This document shows positions 37,932 to 47,403 of a stretch of 64,000 nt of DNA, piece by piece; positions within the stretch are counted from its first letter, which is position 1; every line of letters begins with the position of its first letter. The notes under the pieces were generated by a model that worked only from the letters and a program-made list of their open reading frames with translations, was not told where the DNA came from and ran no database searches. Origin of the DNA: Dehalococcoidia bacterium (GTDB lineage Bacteria > Chloroflexota > Dehalococcoidia > SHYB01); NCBI GenBank assembly GCA_965248515.1, contig CBDFJU010000003.1, positions 79,254-143,253 of the forward strand, in the 5' to 3' direction. The position numbers and the translations under genes were made by a program.

Positions 37932-39227
37932 TCAGGGAAGATGACTCGCGTATACGGTCCCGACATGCCCTGTCTCCTCGAGCCGAGCGTATTCCTCCCG
38001 CGACATCGCCATCAACTCGCGATAGACATACTCATTGTACTCTCCAAGCCGCACGGGCGGGGTCCTGAGCTCGTTCGGAGTATCCTCGGCGGTCCACATC
38101 AGTCCGGGATAGCGGTGAGTGCCCGCATCGGCGTGGACGAACTCCTTGAAAAAGCCTTGGTGGTCCAGATGGGCATCTTCGTAGAGATCGCTGTCGTCCT
38201 GCACCGCCCCGGAGGGAACGCCGTTGGCCTGCAGAGCCGCCATCACCTCCACTGGACTCTTTTCCTTCGTCCATGACTCGATGAGCCGGTCGAGTTCGTC
38301 CTGGTGCTTCCAGCGGGCCAGCCCGTTCCGAAAACTTGCCCGCTGGGACCAGGCGGGGTTACCTATGGCCCGACAGAAGCCTCGCCACTCCTCGTCGTTG
38401 GCGACGGCTATGGTAACCCAGCGGTCCTCGCCGCGGCAACGGTAAACGCCGTGCGGCGCCATCGATGGGTGACGGTTGCCCAGGGGGCCCTGAACACGAT
38501 CGTTCATGGTGTAGTCCATGATGGCCTCGCCGAGGTACGGCATGAAGTTTTCCACCTGGGGAAGCTCGATGATCTGCCCTTCCCCGGTCCGCCGCCGGTG
38601 ACGCAGGGCCATCATGACCGCCAGGGCGCCGTTCACACCCCCCGCGGCGTCGCCCATGTAGACTTCGTCCGCCGACGTCGCGTCGGTGTCTGGATAGCCC
38701 CGAAGCGCCGTGTGACCCGCCGTGCCTTCGAGCTGCATCCCGAACGAGCGGTAGTTCTTGTACTTTCCGCTGAGGCCGTAGGCCGGCATGCGCAGCATGA
38801 TCAGGTCGGGCCTGACGCGCGCCAACTCCTCGTAGGTGATGTGGAGCTTTTCGATGGTCTCGGGAACGTTGTTCTCCACGAACACGTCGGCGACGGAGAC
38901 AAGCCGGTGGAAGACTTCGAGACCCTCTGGGGTCCGGAGGTCGACGGTCATGCTCAGCTTGTTCCGAGCGTGACTCTGAAAGATCGGGTAGCGGTTCCAG
39001 GGCCGCTCTCCCGGGTCCCAGTCCGGGTAGGCGACCTGCCAGTTTCTCCGCAGCCTAGGCATCTCCTTCGGCACGTGCACCATATGGCCGCGCGTGTTCG
39101 GCTGCACGAACTGAATCGACTCGACGCGGATCACCTCCGCGCCCCAGTCGGCGAGGAGCATGGTGGCGTGCGGGCCGGCCCAGACGGCCGTAAGATCGAG
39201 GACGCGGATTCCGCTCAGCGGGAGTTT
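37932..39227 (-). CDS. CaiB/BaiF family III CoA-transferase
   Basis: LSGIRVLDLTAVWAGP N-terminus; start trimmed to GTG after upstream gene stop. Confidence 0.8.
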   Translation of the reverse strand, partial: KLPLSGIRVLDLTAVWAGPHATMLLADWGAEVIRVESIQFVQPNTRGHMVHVPKEMPRLRRNWQVAYPDWDPGERPWNRYPIFQSHARNKLSMTVDLRTPEGLEVFHRLVSVADVFVENNVPETIEKLHITYEELARVRPDLIMLRMPAYGLSGKYKNYRSFGMQLEGTAGHTALRGYPDTDATSADEVYMGDAAGGVNGALAVMMALRHRRRTGEGQIIELPQVENFMPYLGEAIMDYTMNDRVQGPLGNRHPSMAPHGVYRCRGEDRWVTIAVANDEEWRGFCRAIGNPAWSQRASFRNGLARWKHQDELDRLIESWTKEKSPVEVMAALQANGVPSGAVQDDSDLYEDAHLDHQGFFKEFVHADAGTHRYPGLMWTAEDTPNELRTPPVRLGEYNEYVYRELMAMSREEYARLEETGHVGTVYASHLP

Positions 39228-39241
39228 CACGATGGCATTCT

Positions 39242-40453
39242 TCAAATCACCCCGAGCCGGCGCAGCCTCGCAAGCTCCGCGCGGCTGTAGCCCAGGATGC
39301 CGCACAACACCGCCTCGTTATGCTGACCGAGCCGGGGCGCCGGACGCCGAAACGCCCACGGCGACCGGTTCATGATGAAGGGACGGCCTGGCTGAGTGAT
39401 CTCCCCGAGCCCCGGATACTCCGCTTGCAGCCAGAAGTCCCGCTCGCGGAAGTGCGGGTCGCCGAGCACGTCGGCCATGTCGTAGATGGGCCCGGACGGG
39501 ATATGGAGCGCCTGACTGAGCTCGAAGCACTCCCGCTTGCTGTGCTCCATCAGGAACGGGATGTAGTGCGCATCGAACTCCTCGGAAACCCCAGGACGGG
39601 AGCGCGCCACCTCGTCCTTGAAGAGGGGGTCAGCGAGCAGCTCGGGTCGCCCGATCATCTCAACGGTCAAGGGGAACCTGGCCGAGGAGCCGTTGATGTT
39701 GACGTAGCCGTCGGCGCAGGGCCGCACGCCCCCGCCGGGAGCCGAGCCGGGAGTCCGGCGCTCGTTGATCTCTCCTGTGTACTGATAGCCCACGAGCATC
39801 GTCGTCCGCCGGTCCTGGCTGGCCGCCTGTGCGCGCATCATCGATACGTCGAGGCGCTCGCCCCGCCGTGTCGCCTCCGCCTCCCAAAGCGCGATGGCGG
39901 TCGCCGTGGCGGCCACCGCACCCACCTGGTACTGGATGACGTTGCCGCCGAGCTTGAGAGGCGCTCGATCGGGCAACCCGGTGGCGTACATCGGGCCGCC
40001 GAGGGCATACGTGACGATCTCCGCCGACTTGTAGTCGCGGTAGGGCCCTTGCTGTCCGAAGCCCGAGATCGAGGTCATCACCAGACGGGGGTTGATCGAA
40101 TGGAGCGCCTCGTACCCCAGGCCGAGCGACGGCAGGACCCCGCTCGCGGAGCTTTCCACCAAGATGTCCGCGGTTCGAGCCAGCTCCAGGAGGACTCGGC
40201 GTCCCGCTCCGACTCCGAGATCGAGGGTTATCCCGCGCTTGTTGGTGTTGAGGTGCAGGAACGGGCCGCTTCTTTCCGGATGAGGCTCGTCGTGGAAGAA
40301 GGGCGCCATGCGTCGCGTCGGATCGCCACTACCCGGACGCTCGACCTTGATGACGTCGGCCCCGAAATCGGCTAGCTGCTTGGTGCAGTAGGCCCCGGCG
40401 ATGTTCTCGGTCAGGTCGAGGACAGTGAGCCCTTGGAGAGGCTGGTCGGGCAT
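39242..40453 (-). CDS. CaiB/BaiF family III CoA-transferase (paralogue)
   Basis: LQGLTVLDLTENIAGAY; start at MPDQP with GGTGGAG RBS. Confidence 0.8.
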   Translation of the reverse strand: MPDQPLQGLTVLDLTENIAGAYCTKQLADFGADVIKVERPGSGDPTRRMAPFFHDEPHPERSGPFLHLNTNKRGITLDLGVGAGRRVLLELARTADILVESSASGVLPSLGLGYEALHSINPRLVMTSISGFGQQGPYRDYKSAEIVTYALGGPMYATGLPDRAPLKLGGNVIQYQVGAVAATATAIALWEAEATRRGERLDVSMMRAQAASQDRRTTMLVGYQYTGEINERRTPGSAPGGGVRPCADGYVNINGSSARFPLTVEMIGRPELLADPLFKDEVARSRPGVSEEFDAHYIPFLMEHSKRECFELSQALHIPSGPIYDMADVLGDPHFRERDFWLQAEYPGLGEITQPGRPFIMNRSPWAFRRPAPRLGQHNEAVLCGILGYSRAELARLRRLGVI

Positions 40454-40581
40454 GGGACGGCTCCACCGGAGGTTCGGCGCAACGATGGGCAATAATTATA
40501 CGGGCGGTGAGAAGGAGACGCTACGGGTGCGGTTTGCACCACATGCGCGTAGTCTGATAAATTCATGCCTGGGGTGGTTCA

Positions 40582-40875
40582 GTGCAGCTACGATTCGCCC
40601 GCCGATATCTGTTCCGGGCGTCCCAAAGTATGGCAGAGGCCGTTCGACGATGGGGTCCCGATGTGGGGCGGAGATATGTGCAACGGATCGAATTGCTTCG
40701 CTCAATGACGTCATTCGACGAGATCTATGAGGCCCATTCGTTTCGATTTCACCAGTTATCAGGTCAGCGCCAGGGCCAATATGCCCTGAGGCTCACAGGC
40801 AGATGGCGCCTCATTGTGAGCCAGATCGAGCCCAACGAGCTGATGATCGAGGAGGTAATCGACTATCATGACTAG
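40582..40875 (+). CDS. higB: type II toxin HigB (RelE/ParE superfamily)
   Basis: FRFHQLSGQRQGQYALRLTGRWRLIV matches HigB killer-protein pattern; GTG start. Confidence 0.7.
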   Translation: MQLRFARRYLFRASQSMAEAVRRWGPDVGRRYVQRIELLRSMTSFDEIYEAHSFRFHQLSGQRQGQYALRLTGRWRLIVSQIEPNELMIEEVIDYHD

Positions 40876-41155
40876 CCGCCCGGCGGAGTCTTACCCAGAC
40901 ACAGCCATACCTCCAGGAGAATTCCTCGCCGAGGAGTTGGAGGCCCGCGGCATGACGCAGAAGGAACTCTCCCACCGTATGGGTAGGCCGGTCCAGACCA
41001 TCAACGCTATCGTCAATGCCAAGAAAGCCATTACCGCTGAGACGGCTTGGCAGCTGGAGGGCGCTCTTGGACTCTCCGCTCAGTTCTGGATGAACATCCA
41101 AACGCGTTACGACCTCACGAGGGCCCGCCTGCGAATACGAAAAGAGGCATCATGA
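40868..41155 (+). CDS. higA: type II antitoxin HigA (XRE HTH)
   Basis: PGEFLAEELEARGMTQKELSHRMGRPVQTINAIVNAKKAIT; 8-nt overlap with higB. Confidence 0.75.
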   Translation: MTSRPAESYPDTAIPPGEFLAEELEARGMTQKELSHRMGRPVQTINAIVNAKKAITAETAWQLEGALGLSAQFWMNIQTRYDLTRARLRIRKEAS

Positions 41156-41225
41156 CCTTCGTCATGCGTCGTACTGAAGCCCACCCCGACATATTTGCGA
41201 CGATGCCCGCCTAGCTGGAGCATCC

Positions 41226-42395
41226 ATGGACTTCGGCTTTACCCCCGAGCAGGAGGCCTTTCGCAGGGAGATTCGCGAGTTCCTCGCGGCGGAGGTCCCG
41301 AGCGATTGGCCGGGGCGCCATTTCACGTGGATCACCCACGAGGAATGGCTCCAGGCGCGCGAGTTCGATCGGAAGCTTGCCGCGAAGGGCTGGTTGACCT
41401 TGGCCTGGCCCAAGCAGTACGGCGGCCAGGAGCGCTCTGCCATCGAGCAGCTCGTCTTCCAGGAAGAGATGGGCTATCACCACGCCCCCAACGGCGGCGG
41501 TTGGGGTCATGGGCCTGTGTTCGTCGGCCCCACGATCTATCACTACGGCAGCGACGAGATGAAGCAGCAGTTCCTGCCGCCCATTTCTCGAGGCGAGGCG
41601 ATATGGTGCCAGGGCTTCTCGGAGCCCGACGCCGGCTCCGATCTGGCGAGCCTTCAGACCAGGGCCGTCCGGGATGGAGACGACTTCGTGGTCAACGGCG
41701 TCAAGCATTTCGTCGGCCAGGGGGGACGCGCCGACTGGTGCATCCTCGCTGTTCGCACCGACCCGGACGCCCCGAGGCACAAGGGCGTCAGCACGATCTT
41801 GATGGACATGCATAGCCCCGGCGTCACGACGGAGCCGATGCCGACGCTGCCGACACACGGCGCTCAGACGCGGATCATCATGGACGACGTGCGCATTCCC
41901 GCCGGGCACCTGGTGGGCGAAGAGAACAAGGGCTTCTACCAGATGATGTCGACGATGGACTTCGAGCGGAACCGGATCATGCACGCTGCGGAAGCCCACC
42001 GCTTCATCGACGACCTCTGGGACTACGCCCGGGAGCGCGGGCTCCTGCGCAACCCCATCGTGCGCCACAAGCTGGCCGATCGGAAGATCGAGGCCAGGAC
42101 AGCCATCCTCCACAACTACCGGATCGCGTGGCTGCTCAACGCCGGGAAGATCCCGAACTACGAGGCGTCGATCGGCAAGATGTTCACCGAAGAGCTACGC
42201 CAGCGGGTCGCGGCAACGGGCATGGAAGTCCTGGGCCTCCACAGCCAACTCTCCCTGGACGAGCGGCACTCGCCGGACCTGGGAAAGCTCCAGGACTACT
42301 TTCTGGCGATGGTCTCCGTCACCATCGTCGGCGGCAGCTCGGAGATCCAACGCAACGTCATCGCAAACCGGGGACTGGGCCTGCCACGGGGCTAG
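41226..42395 (+). CDS. acyl-CoA dehydrogenase family protein
   Basis: MDFGFTPEQEAFR N-terminus, GFSEPDAGSD motif. Confidence 0.85.
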   Translation: MDFGFTPEQEAFRREIREFLAAEVPSDWPGRHFTWITHEEWLQAREFDRKLAAKGWLTLAWPKQYGGQERSAIEQLVFQEEMGYHHAPNGGGWGHGPVFVGPTIYHYGSDEMKQQFLPPISRGEAIWCQGFSEPDAGSDLASLQTRAVRDGDDFVVNGVKHFVGQGGRADWCILAVRTDPDAPRHKGVSTILMDMHSPGVTTEPMPTLPTHGAQTRIIMDDVRIPAGHLVGEENKGFYQMMSTMDFERNRIMHAAEAHRFIDDLWDYARERGLLRNPIVRHKLADRKIEARTAILHNYRIAWLLNAGKIPNYEASIGKMFTEELRQRVAATGMEVLGLHSQLSLDERHSPDLGKLQDYFLAMVSVTIVGGSSEIQRNVIANRGLGLPRG

Positions 42396-42754
42396 CCGCC
42401 CACGTTTTTCAGCAGCTCGATGCGGCTCACGCGGCCCGCCCGGTCGACGTCCAGGGCCACGACGTCGATACGCCAGTCGGCATTCGACTCGTGGGCCTCG
42501 ACGTACTCGTGCCCCAGGTTCGCCAGTCGCTCGAGCTTCGCCGGCATAACCGACTCCTCCGGGCTGCCAAAGCGGTCGCCGCGCCGCGTGCGCACCTCTA
42601 CGAACACCAGGCCGTCGCCGTCCCGGGCTACGATGTCGATCTCTCCGGAGGGCAGGCGGACGTTGGTCGCCAGGACAGCGTAACCCGACTTGACTAGGTG
42701 CGCCCTGGCGTACTTCTCGCCAAAATCCCCGAGCGACTTTCGGGAGGCGGTCAC
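42392..42754 (-). CDS. yraN: YraN family (UPF0102) endonuclease
   Basis: GEKYARAHLVKSGYAVLATNVRLPSGEIDIVA...VFVEVRTR pattern; GTG start overlapping rnhB stop. Confidence 0.75.
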   Translation of the reverse strand: MTASRKSLGDFGEKYARAHLVKSGYAVLATNVRLPSGEIDIVARDGDGLVFVEVRTRRGDRFGSPEESVMPAKLERLANLGHEYVEAHESNADWRIDVVALDVDRAGRVSRIELLKNVGG

Positions 42755-43524
42755 AGCAGCCGTGGCCGCATGAGTAGGTCCCGCACCGGGGCGAAGCTCC
42801 TGCGGTGGATGACGCAGGGGCCAAGCTCGCCCAGCCGCCGGACATGCTCCGGGGTACCGTAGCCTTTGTGCCGGGCGAAGCCGTAGCCGGGGTACCGGCT
42901 GTCCATCTCGTCCATGTGCTGGTCTCGGGCCACTTTCGCAACGATGGAGGCGGCGGCGATGGAGACGCACAGGCCGTCACCGTGAATCACCGACCGGCAT
43001 GGCAGGCCGATCTCGGAAAGGTCGACCGCATCGACCAGGATTGCGTTGGCTCCGGGCTCGAGCGCGGCGATGGCCTGCCGCATGGCCCGCCTCGTCGCGC
43101 CGACGATGCCCAGGTCGTCGATCTCTTCGCGGCTGCAGAAGGCGATCCCGTGCGAGACCGCCCTGGCGATGATGAGCTGAGCGAGGGCTTCGCGTCGCAG
43201 CCGGGTCACGAGCTTGCTGTCGTTGAGCAGCGCCGAAAGGGCCGGCTTGCGGCGTCGCCTTTTGACCCCCTTGCGCCGTCGCGTTGTCCGCGGGGAGGCG
43301 GACCAGTCCTCGGGGAGTATCACCGCGGCGGCCACCACGGGTCCGGCCAAGGGGCCGCGACCCACCTCGTCGACCCCTGCAACCAGGACATAGCCCTGTT
43401 GCTTCAGGGCGTTTTCTTCCTGGAAGCTGGGACGGGTCCTGGTGGATGGGGCGACGGGTCGCCGCGACCGTCTTACAGGGGCCGCATCGAGGTCCGTCGA
43501 CGGGCCTTCGAACGCGTTTAGCAT
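42751..43524 (-). CDS. rnhB: ribonuclease HII (with Arg/Lys-rich insertion)
   Basis: VAGVDEVGRGPLAGPVV catalytic motif; unusual RRRKGVKRRRRK insert. Confidence 0.85.
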   Translation of the reverse strand: MLNAFEGPSTDLDAAPVRRSRRPVAPSTRTRPSFQEENALKQQGYVLVAGVDEVGRGPLAGPVVAAAVILPEDWSASPRTTRRRKGVKRRRRKPALSALLNDSKLVTRLRREALAQLIIARAVSHGIAFCSREEIDDLGIVGATRRAMRQAIAALEPGANAILVDAVDLSEIGLPCRSVIHGDGLCVSIAAASIVAKVARDQHMDEMDSRYPGYGFARHKGYGTPEHVRRLGELGPCVIHRRSFAPVRDLLMRPRLL

Positions 43525-43536
43525 AGATAACGGGGG

Positions 43537-44058
43537 CTAGACGATGCGGCCCTGATAGCCCTTCAAGAGGCCCTTCACATAGGCCGCCTGGCCGGCATGC
43601 TGATTCAACTCGCTCATCATGTGGCTGAAGACCTGCCCGATACTCATCTTGCGGCCGCCGAAGGCATCGATCTCGTCTTCGAGCTTCTCCGGTCGAAGCG
43701 ACGCCATCAGCCCGGCGGTCTTCTCGCGCACCGCCCCGACGTAGGCCTTAAGCTGCTCCACCGAGGGTGTTCTAAAATCCGCCAGCTCCTCGGGCGTCAT
43801 GCCGGCTCCCGCATACATCGGGTCCGCGGGCATATCCATCTTCTCCGCCCAACCCTGCTCCCAGAGCTGCGTATCGCCGACGATCTTCTGCATCCACCGG
43901 TCCTCGACCCTGCCCATGTGCCAGACGATCCAGCCCACGGAGTTGCTCTCGGGCCCGGGCTGTCTGGCCAGCTCGTCCGGGGTCATACCCTCGAGCACGC
44001 GCTCGACCACACCCCACATCTGGTCCAGGTTGCGGACGACAACGTCTCGGACTTCCAT
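43537..44058 (-). CDS. DinB-family (DinB_2) metal-dependent protein
   Basis: WIVWHMGRVED, His-triad pattern. Confidence 0.65.
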   Translation of the reverse strand: MEVRDVVVRNLDQMWGVVERVLEGMTPDELARQPGPESNSVGWIVWHMGRVEDRWMQKIVGDTQLWEQGWAEKMDMPADPMYAGAGMTPEELADFRTPSVEQLKAYVGAVREKTAGLMASLRPEKLEDEIDAFGGRKMSIGQVFSHMMSELNQHAGQAAYVKGLLKGYQGRIV

Positions 44059-44060
44059 CG

Positions 44061-44630
44061 CTACGCTCCCGGTGAAGGGGCCAGCGGGCCCGTGTACTCA
44101 GCGTCGATCTCGGCGCGCCTCAGGCCGCGCACGTAGGCGATCTGGCCGCCATGCTGGTTCAGCTCCCAGACGAGCTGGGCGAAGAAGTCCTGCGCGCTTA
44201 TCGGCGAGCCCCAGGGAGCGCGGGCTTCCACCGGCTCTCCTTCGGGGTCCCAGCGCTCGAGAAAGTCCAGCGTCGAACGACGCACGGCCTCGGAGTAGCC
44301 AAGAATCAGGTCAAGGCTCGGCGTGTTGAACGCTGCGAGCTGGTCCTTGGAATAGCCCCAGCCGAGGTCACGCATCTCCTCCGCCATGCCGAAGCGCTTG
44401 GCCCAGCCATCGGAGATCCAGAGGTGAGGCTGACGCTGGAAGACACGCTGGACCCAGCCGTCCTCGACACGGGCCATGTGCCAGGCGATGAAACCTATGG
44501 AGTTGGAGTGGGGCGCAGGCTGCCAGCCGAGGTCGTCGGGCGAGAGGCCATCGAGCTGGCGCAACAAGTCCTTGCGGTTGAGGTCGAGCGCCTGGCGAAT
44601 GAAGTCCTTGAGCGCCACGGGGTTGGTCAA
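44061..44630 (-). CDS. DinB-family (DinB_2) protein, tandem paralogue
   Basis: FIAWHMARVEDGW pattern; adjacent to 43537 paralogue. Confidence 0.65.
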   Translation of the reverse strand: MTNPVALKDFIRQALDLNRKDLLRQLDGLSPDDLGWQPAPHSNSIGFIAWHMARVEDGWVQRVFQRQPHLWISDGWAKRFGMAEEMRDLGWGYSKDQLAAFNTPSLDLILGYSEAVRRSTLDFLERWDPEGEPVEARAPWGSPISAQDFFAQLVWELNQHGGQIAYVRGLRRAEIDAEYTGPLAPSPGA

Positions 44631-45724
44631 CTCCCGGCCGCGAGCGCCGGTATCGCGGCGCCCTGGATCACGCCGCCGCCGACGACCTCGTCGCCGTCGT
44701 AGAAGACGACGGCCTGGCCCGGGGTCAGCGCCCGCTGCGGCTCGGCGAACTCGACCCGCGCCGTGGAGCCCTCAGGGTGCAGCACGGCGGGCGCCATGGC
44801 CGACTTGTAGCGGTACTTCACCATGACCTCCCGCGGGGCAGGGGGCCCTTCGCCGTCTACGTAGCGGACCTCGTCAGCCCACAGGGTGTCGCCGTAAACG
44901 TCGTCGCGGCCTCCGACGACCACGGTGCGGGTGTCGGCGTCGATGGCCACCACGTAACTCGGCTCCGGACCGGCGAGGCCGAGGTTGCGCCGCTGGCCTA
45001 CCGTGAAGAACTCCACGCCCTCATGCTCCCCGACCGTCTCGCCGCTCAGGTCGACGATGATCCCGGGCGAAGGCTCGACGTGCTTGGCGACGAAGTCCCG
45101 GTAGCTCCCTTTGGGAACGAAGCAGATGTCCTGGCTATCGGGCTTGTCCGCCAGTGCCAGGCCGGCGTCGGCGGCGATCTGTCGAATCTGCGGCTTGGCG
45201 TAGTCGCCCACGGGGAAGCACAGCCGCCCGAGCTCGGCCTGCCCGAGACCGTAGAGCACGTACGACTGGTCCTTTTCGGGGTCGACCGCCCGTCGCAGAC
45301 GGTAACGCCCATCCACCTGGTCAACCCTGGCGTAGTGCCCCGTGGCCAGCAGGTCTGCCCCGACAGCCTTTGCCCGCTCCAACAGCGGATCAAACTTCAC
45401 GCGCTGGTTGCACGCGATGCACGGGTGGGGAGTCCTGCCGCGGCGATACTCGTCGAGGAAATAGTCGATGACGCCGGTGCGGAACTCGCGCTCGAAGTTA
45501 ATCGTGTAGTGCGGTATGCCGATCACCGCGGCCGCGGCCTGGGCGTCAGCCACGTCCTCGACCGAGCAGCAGCGCTTGTTGTACGGCTGGTCGCCGCCGT
45601 CTTCGGGCGTCCACAGACGCATGGTGACACCGCTCACGTCGTAGCCGGCGTCCTTCAGAAGAAAAGCCGCCACCGACGAGTCGACCCCGCCGCTCATGGC
45701 GACCACGATCTTGCCACGGCCCAT
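44627..45724 (-). CDS. mnmA: tRNA 2-thiouridine(34) synthase MnmA
   Basis: VAMSGGVDSSV PP-loop, CIACN, GHYAR motifs. Confidence 0.9.
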   Translation of the reverse strand: MGRGKIVVAMSGGVDSSVAAFLLKDAGYDVSGVTMRLWTPEDGGDQPYNKRCCSVEDVADAQAAAAVIGIPHYTINFEREFRTGVIDYFLDEYRRGRTPHPCIACNQRVKFDPLLERAKAVGADLLATGHYARVDQVDGRYRLRRAVDPEKDQSYVLYGLGQAELGRLCFPVGDYAKPQIRQIAADAGLALADKPDSQDICFVPKGSYRDFVAKHVEPSPGIIVDLSGETVGEHEGVEFFTVGQRRNLGLAGPEPSYVVAIDADTRTVVVGGRDDVYGDTLWADEVRYVDGEGPPAPREVMVKYRYKSAMAPAVLHPEGSTARVEFAEPQRALTPGQAVVFYDGDEVVGGGVIQGAAIPALAAGS

Positions 45725-45867
45725 CTGCTGCTCCTCGAAGCAGAATAGCACACGGCTTTCCAGCGGCACAACGAATCCGCCTTGACCCTCCACGGCCCCC
45801 GTTCCTACAATGAAGCCGAAACATCCGCCGTCGGGGGTATGGCCTGGACCCTATTGAAGTCGCCAGA

Positions 45868-46188
45868 TTGGCAGTCGAAGTCTCGTCGGAGAAGCAAGCC
45901 TCCGACGTGCTCATGCTCGACCTTCGCGGCATTTCCAGCTTCGCCGACTACTTCGTCATCTGCAGCGCCGACTCCTCGCGCCAAATATCGTCGATCGCGA
46001 ACGACCTCGAACGGGCCCTCCGCGAACAGAGCGTTCGCGCCCATCACCGCGAAGGCAAAGACAACAGCGGCTGGGTGTTGCTGGACTTCGGCGACGTGAT
46101 CGTCCACATCTTCAGCCCCGACCAGCGGGCCTACTACGACCTGGAATCGGCCTGGGCCACCGCCCCGCAAGTCGTCCGAATCCAGTAG
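45868..46188 (+). CDS. rsfS: ribosome silencing factor RsfS
   Basis: DVLMLDL...FADYFVICSADSSRQ...WVLLDFGDVIVHIF iojap pattern; TTG start. Confidence 0.8.
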   Translation: MAVEVSSEKQASDVLMLDLRGISSFADYFVICSADSSRQISSIANDLERALREQSVRAHHREGKDNSGWVLLDFGDVIVHIFSPDQRAYYDLESAWATAPQVVRIQ

Positions 46189-46285
46189 CCGCACCGAGTC
46201 TTCGACCGCCTCTCCACGTTCGATGGAACCAATCGAGCCCGCGGCGCGTCTATCCCTCACCAACGGGACGAAACGAGGTGCTTTG

Positions 46286-47389
46286 ATGAAGACACGGCTG
46301 TTTGCACTCGCGATGGTTGCGGCACTTGTTGTGGTCGCCTGTGGCGGTGGAGACGATACGGCGACCGAACGCTCAGGCCCCCAGGGCGCCCCTGGAGCTC
46401 CGGCGGCGACGACGGCGCCCGCTGCGACCGCAGCGCCCGCCGCTGACGGGTCTCTGGCCTTTCCCAAAGAGCTGGAGGAGACAGGCCGCAAGATCATCTC
46501 GACCGCGTCTCTGTCACTCGTCGTCGACGATGTCGAAGCAGGCCTTGGCCACATTCAGGCTATCGCGAGCGGCCTGGGGGGATTCGTCGAGCATTTGAAC
46601 AGCTCGGGGTCACAGGAGGACCGGCGAGGCACGGTGACCCTTCGCGTTCCTCCAGAGCAGTTCTTACCAGCCATCGAACGGATCGAGGGGCTCGGCGACG
46701 TCATCAGCCGCGAGGTTGGGCGGGAGGATGTCTCCGAGCAGTTTATCGACCTGGAAGCAAGGCTCAAGAGCGCTCAGCGCGAAGAGGAGAGTCTGCTCCG
46801 GCTGCTGCAACAGACCCAGAACGTTACCGAGATACTGACGATCGAGCGCGAGTTGAACCGGGTGCGTTCCGACGTCGAGCGCTTTCAGGGCCAACTGAAC
46901 TTGCTCGAACGCCGGGTCAGCCTCGCCACGGTCCGCGTCTTCCTGTCGCAGCCGACCACCGCGACAGGCGATCCGCCGGACGCCTCGTACACCGTCGAAG
47001 TCGACAACGTGGCGGGTGCCGCGGACGAGGTCAAGGCCCTTGTCGCGGAACTGGACGGAATCCTGCAACGGTCCTCGATCTCCAGCACCGATGGCGACGA
47101 CGAAGCCTTTCTGACCGTCAGCGTGTTCCGAAACGATTTCGGACGCTTCATCGAGGAGGTAGAGGAGTTGGGCGAGGTCAAGCGAAAGAGCGTTTCCGAA
47201 AGCGTGTCCTCAGCCACCGATTCTCGCCCGATACACCCGGACGCACGAGTCGAGCTTCGCATTGAAGAGGAGGACTTTGCTCTGTCGCCGTGGGCGATTA
47301 CCCTCATCGTCATCGGTTCCATTGCGGCGGTGGGAGCCGTCGTGGCGGGCATCATCATCCTGGGTCGGCGCAGCTACAGGTCTTCGTAG
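46286..47389 (+). CDS. DUF4349 lipoprotein with C-terminal TM anchor
   Basis: lipobox VVACGGG; coiled-coil central region; GAGGTG RBS. Confidence 0.55.
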   Translation: MKTRLFALAMVAALVVVACGGGDDTATERSGPQGAPGAPAATTAPAATAAPAADGSLAFPKELEETGRKIISTASLSLVVDDVEAGLGHIQAIASGLGGFVEHLNSSGSQEDRRGTVTLRVPPEQFLPAIERIEGLGDVISREVGREDVSEQFIDLEARLKSAQREEESLLRLLQQTQNVTEILTIERELNRVRSDVERFQGQLNLLERRVSLATVRVFLSQPTTATGDPPDASYTVEVDNVAGAADEVKALVAELDGILQRSSISSTDGDDEAFLTVSVFRNDFGRFIEEVEELGEVKRKSVSESVSSATDSRPIHPDARVELRIEEEDFALSPWAITLIVIGSIAAVGAVVAGIIILGRRSYRSS

Positions 47390-47403
47390 GGGCCGACCCG
47401 GGC

